This document shows, one piece after another, positions 28,601-42,496 of a stretch of DNA of 64,000 nt. This stretch comes from the human T2T-CHM13v2.0 reference genome, Homo sapiens. A program made the position numbers and the translations under genes. The stretch lies in NCBI RefSeq assembly GCF_009914755.1, contig NC_060946.1. One strand, written 5' to 3'. How positions within the stretch are numbered: the stretch's first letter is position 1; every line of letters starts with the position of its first letter. Under the pieces are notes generated by a model. It had not been told where the DNA came from. It made no database searches and saw only the letters and a list, made by a program, of their open reading frames with translations.

Positions 28601-30596
28601 TTCCACTCGAGTTGATTCTATTCCATTGCATTCCTTTCTGGTCCATTCCATTTCATTTGAGTCCGTTCATTCCATTCCATTCCATTCCATTCCATTCCAT
28701 TCCATTCCATTCCATTCCTTTTGGGTACATTCAATTGAACTGCATTACATTCGAGTCCATTCCATCCATTTTATGCCATTCCATTCCATCGAGTCCATTC
28801 CATGCCATTCCATTTGAGTCCATTTCATTCCATTCCATTCCATTCCATTCGAGTTCATTCCATTCAATTCCATTCCATTCCATTCCATTCAAATCCATTC
28901 GGCTCCACTCCATTCGAGTCCTTCCATTCCATTTGAGTCCATTCCATTCCATTCCATTCGAGTCCATTCCCTTCCATTCGAGTTCATTCCATTCCATTCC
29001 ATTCGAATCCATTCGGCTCCACTCCATTCAAGTCCCTTCCATTCCATTCGAGTCCATTCCATTCCATTCCATTCCATTCCAGTCCATTCCATTCCATTCC
29101 CATCCATTCCTTTTGATTCCATTCAATTCCATTCCTTTCCATTCGAGTCCATTAAATTCCATTCCATTCCTTTCGATTCCATTACACTCCATTCCATTCG
29201 AGTCCATTCCATTCCACTCCATTAGATTCGAATCCATTCCATTCTATTCCATTTGAATCCGTTCCTTTCCATTCCATTCCATTTGAGACCATACCATTCC
29301 ATTCCATTCTACTGGAGTCCATTCCATTCCGTTCGAGTCCATTCCACTTCATCGCATTCGAGTCCATTCCATTCCACTCTGTTCCATTTGAGTCCATTCC
29401 TTTCCATTCCATTTGAGTCCATTCCATTCGAGTCCATTCCATTCTATTCCATTCGTGTCCATTCCATTCCACTCGAATCCATTCCATTCCATTCGAGCCA
29501 AATCCATTCCATTATATTCGAGTCCATTCTATTCCATTCCAGTCCATTCGAGTCCATTCCATTCCATTCGAGTCTATTCCATTCCATTGCATGCCATTCG
29601 AGTTCCTTCCCCTGCATTCCATTTCATTCGAGTCCACTCCATTCCATTCAACTTGAGTCCATTCCATTCCATTCCATTCGAGTCCATTCCATTCCATTAC
29701 ATTCTATTCGAATCCATTCCATTGCATTTGAGTCCTTTCCATTCCATTTCATTCGAGTCCATTCCTTTCCATTCCATTCAATTCCATTCAAGTCCATTCT
29801 GTTCCATTCCACTCCATTCCAGTCCATTCCATTCCATCCCCTTCCATTCCATACCTTTCGTGTCCATTCCATTCCATTCCATTTGTGTCCATTCCGTTCC
29901 ATTCTATTCCATTCGAGTCCATTCCATTCCATTAGAGTCCATACCATTAGATTCCAATCCAATAAATTCCACTCTATTCCATTCGAGTCCATTCCATTGC
30001 ATTCCATTCCATTGCATTCGAGTCCATTGCATTCCATTCCAATCCATTCCATTCCATTTTATTCCTTTCCATTCCATTCCATTCATGTCCATTCCATTCC
30101 ATTCGAGTCCATTCCATACCATTACATTCCGTTTGACTCAAATCCATTGAATTCCGTTCAATTCCATTCGAATCCATTCCACTCCATTCCATTCGACTCC
30201 ATTCTATTCCATTCCATTCCACTAGAGTCCATTCCATTCCATTCGAGTCCTTTCTATTCCATGTCATTCGAGTCCATTCCATTCCTTTCCATTCTATTCC
30301 ACTCAAGTCCATTCCTTTCCATTCCATTCCATTCCTTTCCATTCCATTCCTGTCCATTCCATTCCATTCCATTCGAGTCCATTTCATTCCATTCTATTGC
30401 ATTCAAGTCCATTCCATTCCACTTGAGTCCATTCCACTCCATTCGAGTCCATTCCATTCCATTCCATTCGAGTCCATTCCATTCCATTCGACTCCGTTCC
30501 ATTCCATTCCATTGCACTCCACTCCACTCCACTCCACTCCACTCCACTCCACTCCACTCCATTCCATTCCATTCCATTCCATTCCATTCCATTCCA
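22661..30596. repeat. Human satellite 3 (CATTC)n / (GGAAT)n array, ~7.9 kb
   Basis: ATTCC pentamers with frequent ATTCGAGTCC variants. It lacks the GATGAT-containing motifs typical of HSat2. The C-rich strand is + throughout. Confidence 0.95.
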
Positions 30597-30935
30597 GAGG
30601 AGGTTAGGAGTCTGACCAAAGTTTCACCAAGCAAAGAATCTTTCTCAATTTTGATCATTTAAGACCAGTCAAACAAAAGTTACAAAATATATGAAGAAAT
30701 AATCCGTCATGAGGAAGAGTCAATAAAAAAAGAGGGCAAGTTGGATTTCAGGCACTTGAATGATTATATAGCATGCAAAATAATATTACTTAAAGTGCTT
30801 ACACAAATAAAATATGGAACAGTAAGAACAAAAAATAAAAGCATAAAAAAGAATAACATACAGTATCAAGACAAGACAACCTACAGAATGTAAGAAAATA
30901 CTTGCAAATGATATATCTGGTAAGGGACTAATAGC

Positions 30936-31230
30936 TTTTTTTTTTTTTTTAGATGGAGTTTCCATCTTGTCCAAGGCTGGAGTTCAGTGACATGATCTTG
31001 GCTCACTGCAACCTCTGCCTCCCAAATTCAAGCAATTCTCCCTGCCTCAGCCTCCCAAGTTGCTGGGATCACAGGCATGCACCACCACATCCGGCTAATT
31101 TTGTATTTTCAGTAGAGACGGGGTTTCACCAGGTTGTCCAGGCTGGTCTTGAACTTCTGTCCTCTGGTGATTCATTCACCTCAGCCTCCCAAAATGCTGG
31201 GATTACAGGCATGAGCCACTGCACTTGGCC
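30936..31230 (-). mobile_element. AluS
   Basis: Poly-T followed by a full antisense Alu dimer. Confidence 0.9.
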
Positions 31231-31327
31231 ATATCAGTTTTTTTTTTTTTTTTTAAGAGACATGGTCTTGCTTAATATCGAGTATATAAAGAACACTTAC
31301 ACCTCAGAAACTTGACAAAAACAAAGA

Positions 31328-31795
31328 GGCCAGGCACAGTGGCTCATGCCTGTAATCCCAGCACTTTGGGAGACTGAGATGGGAAGATCACTTTAGGCCA
31401 GGAGTTCAAGGCCAGCTTGGTCAACATAGTGAGATCTCCATCTCTAAAAAAGAAAAAAAATAAAAAAAAAAATGGTCAGGAGACGTGGCTCATGCCTGTA
31501 ATCCTAGAACTTTGGAAGGTCAAGTCGGGAGGATCACTGGAGACCAGGAGTTTGGGACCAGCCTGGGCAACATAGCAAGACCTGCCCCCATCTCTATAAA
31601 AATGTACAAAATTATCCAGGCATGCTGATACTCACCTGTAATCCAAGCTACTTGGGAAGCTGAGGCAGGAGAATCTCTTGAACAGAGGAGGCGTTGGTTG
31701 CAGTGGGCTGAGATTGGGCCACTGCACTCCAGCCCGGGGAACAGAGCTGGAGTTCCCCGAGACTCTGTATCAAAAAATAAAAAACAAAAAAAAGA
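31328..31795 (+). mobile_element. Alu monomer followed by a full Alu (J/S), in tandem
   Basis: Two Alu 5' starts (31328, ~31474), each with an A-rich tail. Confidence 0.85.
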
Positions 31796-31844
31796 GAAAA
31801 ACATTTGTTTTTACAGTCAGGTCTCAAGCCTGCAGTCAGAGTCA

Positions 31845-32375
31845 TCCTATTAAAGTCAGCTCATGTCTCCTCTGCTCAATAGTCTCCAATACTTTCCATC
31901 TCATCTCACTCTGAGGAAAAACCAAAATCCTTAAGAGGACCAACAATCACTTTATGATCTGGACCCATCGCCTCTCCGCCCTCATTTGCAACAGCTCCTA
32001 CTTCAGTCTTCCCTAGCCTGTTGGCTCCCCTGCTATTCCTCAAACACCATGGCAGATGCCTGCCTCTGGGACTTGGTGTTCACACTTCTGTATGTCTGAA
32101 ATGTTCCTCCCTCAGATATCCAAATGGCTAGCTTCCTCGCTGCATAAAAGTTGTTACCAAATGGCAGCTCAGTAAAGGCTTCCCTGGCCACCCTATCTAA
32201 ACTTTTACCACTCTCCCACACTCCCAAAAACCACTTCCTAACCTCTTTAACTGCTTCATTTTTTCTCCTTAAGACCACCACCTAACATAATGTATATATT
32301 TTCCCTCTTTGTTTTCTGTTGGTGCCCTTCACCGGAATGTGAGCTCTATGAAGCAGGGGTTAGTGTCTCCACTGC
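31845..32375 (+). mobile_element. L2 3' fragment
   Basis: ctgctattcctcaaacac...cctgcctctgggac...ctccctcagatatccaaatggct...gaatgtgagctctatgaagcaggg. Confidence 0.75.
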
Positions 32376-32891
32376 AGTCTATCTTGCATAGTTACATCCT
32401 TCATTATTTCACTCTTAGCTAAGTTCAAGCTAGTTTACTACTGCTGCATAGAGTTTAAACACTTCCATCAGGAATTCACTATGTTTCTGGATTTATGTGA
32501 CTTTTTTGTTCCCTTCTGTTTATGATATATGATAGACTCTTGCTATTCTTAGAATTCTTTAAGACTCACAAACCCACAAACTGGAATATTTGTAGAGGCT
32601 CCTGGTCATCCCTTGAATCATACATCCAAACCCCAAATTAACTCCTTTCAACATTTATTAAAGCTGCTTTCTTCTTGATCAATTCAGAAGAGTTATTATG
32701 TTGAAAAGTACAAAGCTGCACTGAGATTCAGACAATGGCATGTATCACGCTTGCTCTAGCAGATCATTGATCTTTGTAGGACCGCTTGTAAATTGCAGAT
32801 GCTGAGGAGGCAACATCAAGTATGAGGGGACTCTTGAACCTTTTGTACTAGTGATTATCTTTTCCCCATGTCTTTCTGTCTCTTTACTTAC

Positions 32892-32934
32892 ACTGTTATT
32901 GGAGCTATACCTTCTTCACTGGTAATTTCCACTC
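32892..32934 (-). other. Candidate 43-bp non-coding exon in DHX32 orientation
   Basis: Minus strand reads ggatttag|GAGTGG...AACAGT|gtaagt. The donor is perfect but the polypyrimidine tract is weak. Confidence 0.35.
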
Positions 32935-33550
32935 CTAAATCCAAATATAGTGAGTGACTAATTAATAATTAAGGGCTGAGTAGATAATAAATGAGTCATT
33001 TTCTATCCTTTAGGGATCATATGCTTCTAAGAGCAACATCTGAGAGTATTTTATCATCGACATCATTCATAATCTAATAGGTATTCTGTGTCCTCAAGTT
33101 TTCTCATCCTTCATGCCTCCATTTTTGGGTTTCCCATTTACCTATTCAACCAATACTTGAGGTCCTACTATGTGTGGTAGGGACACAGTTTGTACAGGCA
33201 GGTCTGGTTACGTGAGGCTGAGGGTGGGGTGTGGAAATATAAATTCTTTGACTATGATATGTAGACTCAACCTTACAGACAATTACCTAAAAGAAGGCAA
33301 GGGTGGCTGGTACCTAATTTGAGAGAGACTTTGGTACAAGATGAGTTCAAAGATGAGATAGGGGACAGATCGCAAAATACCTGATCTGCTATGGTAAAAA
33401 AGTTGTGATTACAGTGCCAAGGGTCTAACTTACCTAGTCATTTCTTGATCCAAATTTCATTTTTTACTCTGTTTTTCCTTATAATATTCCTCTTAAATTT
33501 CGGGTTACTCTCTTTTCTTTATTTTACATTGTATGTGTTTGTGTGTGTAT

Positions 33551-34968
<1,418 letters not shown>

Positions 34969-36537
34969 GATAATTAATTCTGTCCTATTCTGGTAGCAGC
35001 TCAGCAAAAGGAAACATCCGTCTATGTTGAAATCTTTGGAACCAAGCTATAACACTATTGCAAACACTCACTGCATATATTCAACACATTTATTTAGATT
35101 TTCACTTATTTCCTCTTGCGGGTTTATGGTAGACTTCCTAAAGGCAAGATTAATTTCTGAGCCAGCTTTGCAACTCCTGCAAAATAAGATACAGGGCTGT
35201 GCACAAACTATGTGATCAATAAATATCTGCTGAACTCATAAACAATATACTTATAATCTATTATTACAATGTTTAGAAAAAAAGAAAGTTAATGAGGTAT
35301 TATGAGTGAATAATAACGTCTTCAGAATAAAGGACTATTATTTTTTGGAGAGTGGGATCATTGGTCCAATACTCCATGTCAACTCTGCTGCTGGTTTGTG
35401 GCAAGGTAAAGAGTTTGCACCAGAATGTAAATCAACTAACTGCTTCCTACACTGAAGAGGTCTTGCTATTTTTAAAAAGTCAGCTGAACAGTAATCAGTA
35501 TGTTTAGTGACATCGCCTATTTACATTCTGGCACAAGCTCCGGATCTCACTGCAAATCAGTAAGTCTGCACTGGCCCTGATCTGCAGGCCACACTTTTCA
35601 GAATCCTGGTTCCATGCTACTACTATAGTTGGACTAACAATAACAATGATGATAATTTTACCAATTAGCATTTATAGAGTGATTATTGCATACCAGATGC
35701 TATGTTCAGCACTTAAGCACTTTATATGGATTATTTCATTTAAACTCTTAAGGACCTCATGAGGGTTTACTTTATTATTTCCATTTTTCAAATGAGGAAA
35801 TGTAAACCTTCAGAGGTTTAATTTATACAGCTTCTAGAAGATCATCTGTGGTAGAGCAGGTGCTTCAAGTCAGGCAGTATGATCTCTTCTTAACCTCAGT
35901 TAAGTGTATAGTGTATATGCTTAACCATATATCCATACTGCTTCCTGACTATATTACATATTGCTTCCAGACTACATTTTAAAAAATAGACTCACGTTGC
36001 ATCACTGGGGGTTGAAGAAATACTTGACACTAATGGAGATGTCAGGAAGAGAGGTCTGGAAGAAATACCATAAAACTGAAAAACATGGTATAGATAGATT
36101 TGTAAATCTTTTTTATAGATTTTAAAAACATTTCTAATACAAAGTTACAGTCAAATATTTAATACACTTTATCTCTCAAGCACGGCATGGTTTAATTGAA
36201 ACAATGGACCTAATCATTACTAGGACTTTTAGAAGGTCACTTCTTTGTTTGCCTTTGTTTTAATAGCCTCAAATCTCCCAAAAATATATCCTATTTGGTT
36301 TCCAGTATCAATTTAAAGCCTTTCTGGGAAAAGATAAGGTCAAAATTCAAAATTTATTTTAAAATCCTTATTTCTAGACTTGTAACGAGTTGATTGCTTT
36401 GATTTTAAGTAAGCAAATCTAGTTAATTAGCTTTTTTTTTTTAAAAAAGGTCCATTTTTAACTCAATGTTTGTTCATATCAGATACAACCAGCCTTGTAT
36501 TGACAATTGGTTGAATATACAATATTATATTAATAAC

Positions 36538-36581
36538 AACAGATACTACAGTTGATCTTAGCCAAAAGGCCGAGAAGTGAT
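36538..36581 (-). pseudogene. 3'-truncated U2 snRNA retropseudogene (U2 nt 1-44)
   Basis: The reverse complement ATCACTTCTCGGCCTTTTGGCTAAGATCAACTGTAGTATCTGTT matches the U2 5' end with 2 mismatches. It is flanked by direct repeats gaatatacaatatt (36513-36526) / gaatatacagtatt (36582-36595). Confidence 0.93.
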
Positions 36582-36697
36582 GAATATACAGTATTGAATA
36601 TTGTATTGCATATTGGTTGAATAACCAACCCTGCACAGTCAAATTTTTTTAAAAGAATCCTTACATTCTAATGGTACTTAAAAAAATTTTAGCCTTT

Positions 36698-37441
36698 GGG
36701 CAGTGGCTCATGCCTGTAATCCAATCCTTTTGGGAGGCCAAGTGGGGAGGATAATTTGAGCCCAGGAGTTTGAGACTAGCCTGGGCAACACAGTGAGACC
36801 CTGTCTCTATTAAAAAAACATATTTTTAAATGTATATACAGAAAGTTCCCCTGAGCTCAATCAATGTTTATGTATAGTATTAATATACCACTCCCCACAA
36901 ATAAGTTTCTAAGTCAAAGGTATTGTCAGAAGTTCAAATGACTGGACCACTCAGTGCTTTGTGATATTATTTTGATGATTTTTTTGACTGCATTCCATTC
37001 CAAAAACTAATTTACTCTGAGTAGATGCAGAGTTAATAAAGTATGCAAAAATACTAATCTGGCTTATTTAAGTAGTCTAGTGACATATCTGAGAAAAATT
37101 TTGTGTGAGATTCAATAAAAGCTGAGATTTAAAGAACAGGTTACTGCTGGTCTCCCCAAGTTAACATACTTTACCTGAGACATACACAAAATTAACTTTT
37201 ATCCATCTCTCTCTCTCTCTCTCTTTTTTTTAAAGTATTTGCTTGAGGCATAATCATAATCAACTTCTAAAGTTACATTTTACTTGATTTGTTGTCCCAA
37301 ATGTAGACAAGAAAAACCATAAATAGCCACAGGCACAGTGGCTCATGCCTGGAATCCCAGCACTTTGGAAGGCTGAGGCTGGAGGAGCCCAGGAGTTCCA
37401 GACCAGCCTAGGCAACATAGCAAGACTCTGTATCTAAAAAA
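36698..37441 (+). mobile_element. Two free Alu left monomers (36698-36818, 37325-37441)
   Basis: gtggctcatgcct...gagcccaggagtt...gaccctgtctc followed by an A tail; no right arm. Confidence 0.8.
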
Positions 37442-38980
37442 TCTGTTTAAAAATGTTTTAAAAATATTTTTAAACATAAATATCAAGATTTCTGTTGTTA
37501 ACAAAGTAATGGGTAGTCATTTTACATGAACTTTAATAAAACAATAATAGATGAACTGTGTTGTGCGTTCTACGGTGGCTAGAGGAAAATATAACCATTT
37601 TGGGGAATGCCAATGCATGAACTCCTCAGGAGTAGGCACTCTTCCATTAATCCTCCCAGATTTTCAGCTCCCTTTTCTGACCATTGGTCCTTAGTCTCCG
37701 CAGGTTCTTCCACCAACAGATCCTCCCCACAATATAAAATGTGCATACTTCAGGGCTCTATCCTTTACCCTCTTATTCCACATAATATCCCTGGAGAAAA
37801 TCATCACGTTTTAACTTCAATCACTAAATGCTTAATCCAAATTTGTATCTTCATCTCAGACTTTTTCCCTTTAGTTCCAGCCCCACATGTCCAACTACTA
37901 CTAATTATGGGACCTCCCAACATATATGACAGGCTTCTCAAACTGAACACATCTACCCCACTTCTTAAACTCCTCAACATTTTTTTTTCTTCTTTAGACT
38001 TCAATGAATAACAGAATGATCCACTCTATCACCCCACTGTCATCCCTGGCGTCTCCTTCCTCATCTCTTGTATCACCAAGATCTGCTAATTCTACCTTTT
38101 TTAGTGGCCCCTCCTTCTTATTCCCACCGTCGCTCTCCTAGTTCTCTTCATTTCTTCACTGAGCTTCAGCAACATCTCCAATTTTTTTGTCTCTCATTTA
38201 GGCTCTCTACCAATCTGTCATTTGAGTGTTGCCAGTGATCCTTTCCAAATGCAAAACTGCTCCAGTCACTGACCCAAATCCTCCTTATTACCTTTAAGGA
38301 AAATAAACTCATGGTCCTTAGGTTCCTTCTGATTTGGCCACATTTGCCTTTCTGGCCTTACTTCCTCCCATTTTCTGCTAATACACATGAAGAAGTATTC
38401 TCCAGTTCAGCCAGAATAAACCACGGCTTAGTTGTTCTCCCGGCCTTCGTGCCTCAGCCCAGGCTGTTCTGCTTCAGAAGCACCTGGTCATTTCCTGTTC
38501 ACCCTTTATGACATGCAATTCCAGAGCCCAGGAAGTACCTAAGACATTGTGAATGTGGTATCAATATCTGCTCTATGCCTAAGTCAATAACAGCCCTTTA
38601 TATTAAAAAAGTTCATTACGACATACAAGATATTTTCATTCATAATCTATAATCACATGTATCTTGATTCTCACAACTAGACTATCAGACAACGATTGCA
38701 GGTTTTATTATCCCAAGTTATCAATGACAAAATAATAGTTTCTGTTTTTCCAAAGGGTCAAAGCTAGAAATTAATGCAATGAACCCAAACTAAAGGTTTG
38801 ACCTCTCTATTATTACCCTACTTAAATTATCAGGTACACAATGAAGCCCACCGTGTGCTAAAAGCAACACAGAAGAAGCGTAAGTCATGCACTTAGCTCC
38901 AAACATATTTAATCTAGTCAGAGGTACAAGACCCATCCATATGAGATAAAATTCTATACGAAAGCATCCTACAGGGCTAA

Positions 38981-39411
<431 letters not shown>

Positions 39412-42081
39412 AGTCTCCTTTAGACTGTGGACGAGTAAAGGGCTGAGAGATAGACATTCCGTGTGAGTGCAACAAATTGAATGTAGACCATGACAAGTTT
39501 GGAGAACAAAGAGGAAAACAACAAAAATAGAAATTTGATTGTTTTCCACTTTTGACCGAACTCCTTAAGAGTCTCAGAAAGTATCAGATAGAGAAAAAAG
39601 TACCCTCACTCTGGTAAAGAAAACAAAAACCAAGAAAAACCCTAAAACCAACAAAAACAAAAATGAAAACTTCCTTCAACTTACCACAGTAAGGCTAGAA
39701 GACAGAACTATTAATAACATGTTCATTTGCTACATTTTTTATCAACCTATTTGCATTAAATAATGTTAACCTCCCACTAAAGTTATTTCTACGTTGAATT
39801 CTAGGTAGTCAAGAGATTTAAATAAGAAAAAGACAACATCTGTTTCTTCATTGTTACTTTGTTATTCCCGATCCGTAATGCTTCAGTTTGCTACATTTAG
39901 CTAAACATCAGCAAAGTAAACAATAATGTAACTATTCTATCTAGTAATGAGCTTGGAGACTTAAAAAAATATATAGAACTTTATTCCTTTTCATTTGACC
40001 ACTAATAACATACTGAACATGCCGGTGAAAAGAAATAAAACACAATGGTAGAAAACTCCAAAAAGGTACAATCAGTGTCTTTACCATTCATCCCCCCCCC
40101 CCCATCTCATTAGCAACTTTCTGATCTCGGGTGTTTTCTCCAATAGTAAAGTGTATCCCTATATCCAAAGCAATTTCTCTGAAGCCCTTCTCACTCGTTC
40201 AACAAACGTTTAACAAGTACATTGCACTAGGTGATAGAGGAAGAGAAACTGAATATTGTCCCTGCCTCAGACATTTCAGTGCCTTTACACCTCGCTTCCA
40301 CTCCTAACCAGTCTTCTTCCACAGGTACCCTGTCCGCTAAAATCAAATGTTGCTTTTCACAGTTGCCTTTACTTGTCACCTAAAGTATTTCAATTCAAAA
40401 TTTCCTCAAAGTCAACTTCACAGCTGCTGATAAAATAATCATTCTATATGATTACAAAGTGTTTCACCAATACATATCCCCATTTTTTCCAAACTTAAAA
40501 CTTCTTCAGTCCTTACTACTTTAGCATAGAGACCTGAACTGTTGTTTCTTCTTTTTAAAAAAATACTAATGTAATCCTTTACTGTTTGAGCAGACTTAAT
40601 CCTACCTTTTCTTTTGTCAATAAATGCCAGGTGTTTTTTAAATCACTATCTTGTCACTTTTGATTATGATATACTGATCACTCTATTTGTATCTTGAATG
40701 AAAAGATCTCTTTGTGATTTTGCTAATGATATGTAAACTAGAACTTGAGAACCACTGGATACAGAAGTACTGCTGATCTTTAGATACTTTCTGTCTAAAA
40801 ATGAAGCCCCTGTCTCCAAATTTCAGGAACAGGGAGTTAAGATTCCATGAAGTGTTTACTTTCCACCCTTAATTTATTACCTTAATACTTCAGCTTGAGA
40901 ATTATGTGTTCTGTATATATCACGCTGCTTGTCAATATCCACACGTAAACCTTCTTGTTTTGACAATTAATCTGAAAAAGTCCCCATATAGTCTAAGAGG
41001 GGGAAAACCTAATTTGGAAGAATATAATAAATGTCAGTTTCCATCACAGAATATATGCTTCTCAAGTTCAATTAACCTCTCAATGATTCCCTTTCTAAGA
41101 GGAAAGTAATTCTCCTTAGTGTCCTTGTCATCCATGGAGTGGAAATCTTTATACTGGCCAGATTAGTAATCACTTGCATGACCCCCAAAACGGCTCTTCC
41201 TTCCATTTCCCTCAAGTACTGTCTGGAGCAGCGGTTGGAATTAATAGAGGGGCCATAATCTCCAGACCTGAGTACCAAATGAATCCTGCAGCCCCCACAC
41301 CCTTAATGCCCCTGCACTTTCTTGCTTATCCTTTTTCTCTCCTCTCCATTTTTCTTTCCTCCTTCCGGTGTTCCGGAACCTATGATACTCTCCCGGTTGT
41401 TTGAATTTTTACAACCTACCAGATAATAATCCCTTGTGATCCTCAAAGCTTCCTTAAAGCAAACCCTGCATCACTGTGTTTTAAAACCAGTATGAAAGAC
41501 TATTTTGTGAGATAATGTTACATTGTTTCACAGCCCTACAAAGTTTGGCCACAAAACGTGTGGGCAGATTCCGTAACTCAACCGGAAATGCGAAGGACTG
41601 AAACAAATCAACACACACAAAACGAAGCCAGTGACAAAGATCCAACCCGGGCCCCCTGCCTGAAATGGGACACGGGGATGACGGCAAAGCCGTGCTCTTG
41701 GCTCTCGCGATTCAGGAGGCGCTCCTGGCTCACTGGGGACGACAGCGACGACGGCAGCGGCTCGCATTGCTCCACGCTTCCCGTCAGGGGGGTTCGAGGG
41801 ACCACCCCAGGCCCGGCCCATGCCCGGGCTCTGAGGGAGCCCCTGGTGCGAGGGCTGCCCGCAGGGCTCCGTCCTCCCGCTGAGGCGTGGCTCCCGGAGC
41901 AGGAGGCGCGGAGGCCGCCCTCGGCGTTTCGGAGTCGGGGCGGGGAACGTCCACGGCCAACTGCGGGCAGGGGACCCCCAGCAGGCTACAACAGGTGCGC
42001 CAGGGCGGCCCACCCGGCTCGGGGCGCGCCCGCCCCTGCGCCGACCCCCGACCCCTTCCGCCGCCGGGGCCCAGCTGTTAC

Positions 42082-42340
42082 CTGCAGCGGCGCCTCCCGA
42101 GTCCCGGGAGGGCGGCCCAGGGCCGGCGCCTTACCCGCGGGCAGGCCCACTCGCCCGACGGACGCCGTGGGTCGGCGACGTCGGGGCACAGGTCCTGCCA
42201 GGCCGCGGGGGCCGCCAGGGAGGGCGCGACCGCCTGACCGGGCTTCAGGGGCAGCGTCCTCAGCCGGTGACCTGGCCGCTACCCTCACTCAGTGTCCCCG
42301 GCGACGCGCGGATCCTCACGCGCTCCCTCACTTCCTGCGG
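42082..42340 (-). pseudogene. DHX32: Probable non-coding upstream exon of DHX32 (duplicated copy)
   Basis: Two minus-strand donors (cgg|gtaagg ending at 42135; cag|gtaaca ending at 42082) diverge from FANK1 exon 1. DHX32 is head-to-head with FANK1 at 10q26 (recall). No DHX32 coding exon is found before the satellite. Confidence 0.6.
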
Positions 42341-42409
42341 CTTTTGGTCCCTCCCGCTCGCAGTCCCTCTGGTTCTGACCACTCCGCCTCCCTGTTGTCA
42401 GGGCAACCG

Positions 42410-42496
42410 TAGCGACGCCGGACCTGGCTGAGAGGCGTTAGGAGCCCGGGCGTTCGCCCGCGGAGGCCGGGGAGCAGCCGACCATGGAGCCCCAGA
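42410..42496 (+). pseudogene. FANK1: FANK1 exon 1 copy (5' UTR plus 13 coding nt); the rest of the window appears to be intron-1-derived
   Basis: ccgaccATGGAGCCCCAGA|gtaagg gives a strong Kozak context, MEPQ(K) matching the recalled FANK1 N-terminus, and a phase-1 donor at 42497. The upstream X-box fits a ciliary gene. The exon start is approximate and exon 2 is not seen. Confidence 0.8.

Noticed and set aside
22780-30662. Dozens of long ORFs (MEWNG... / IPFHS... repeats, up to 469 aa)
   Set aside because: These are translations of the CATTC/GGAAT pentamer, which has few stop codons in any frame. They are not genes.
41558-42412. 284-aa ORF across the CpG island
   Set aside because: Non-ATG start, composition explained by high GC, and no recognisable domain.
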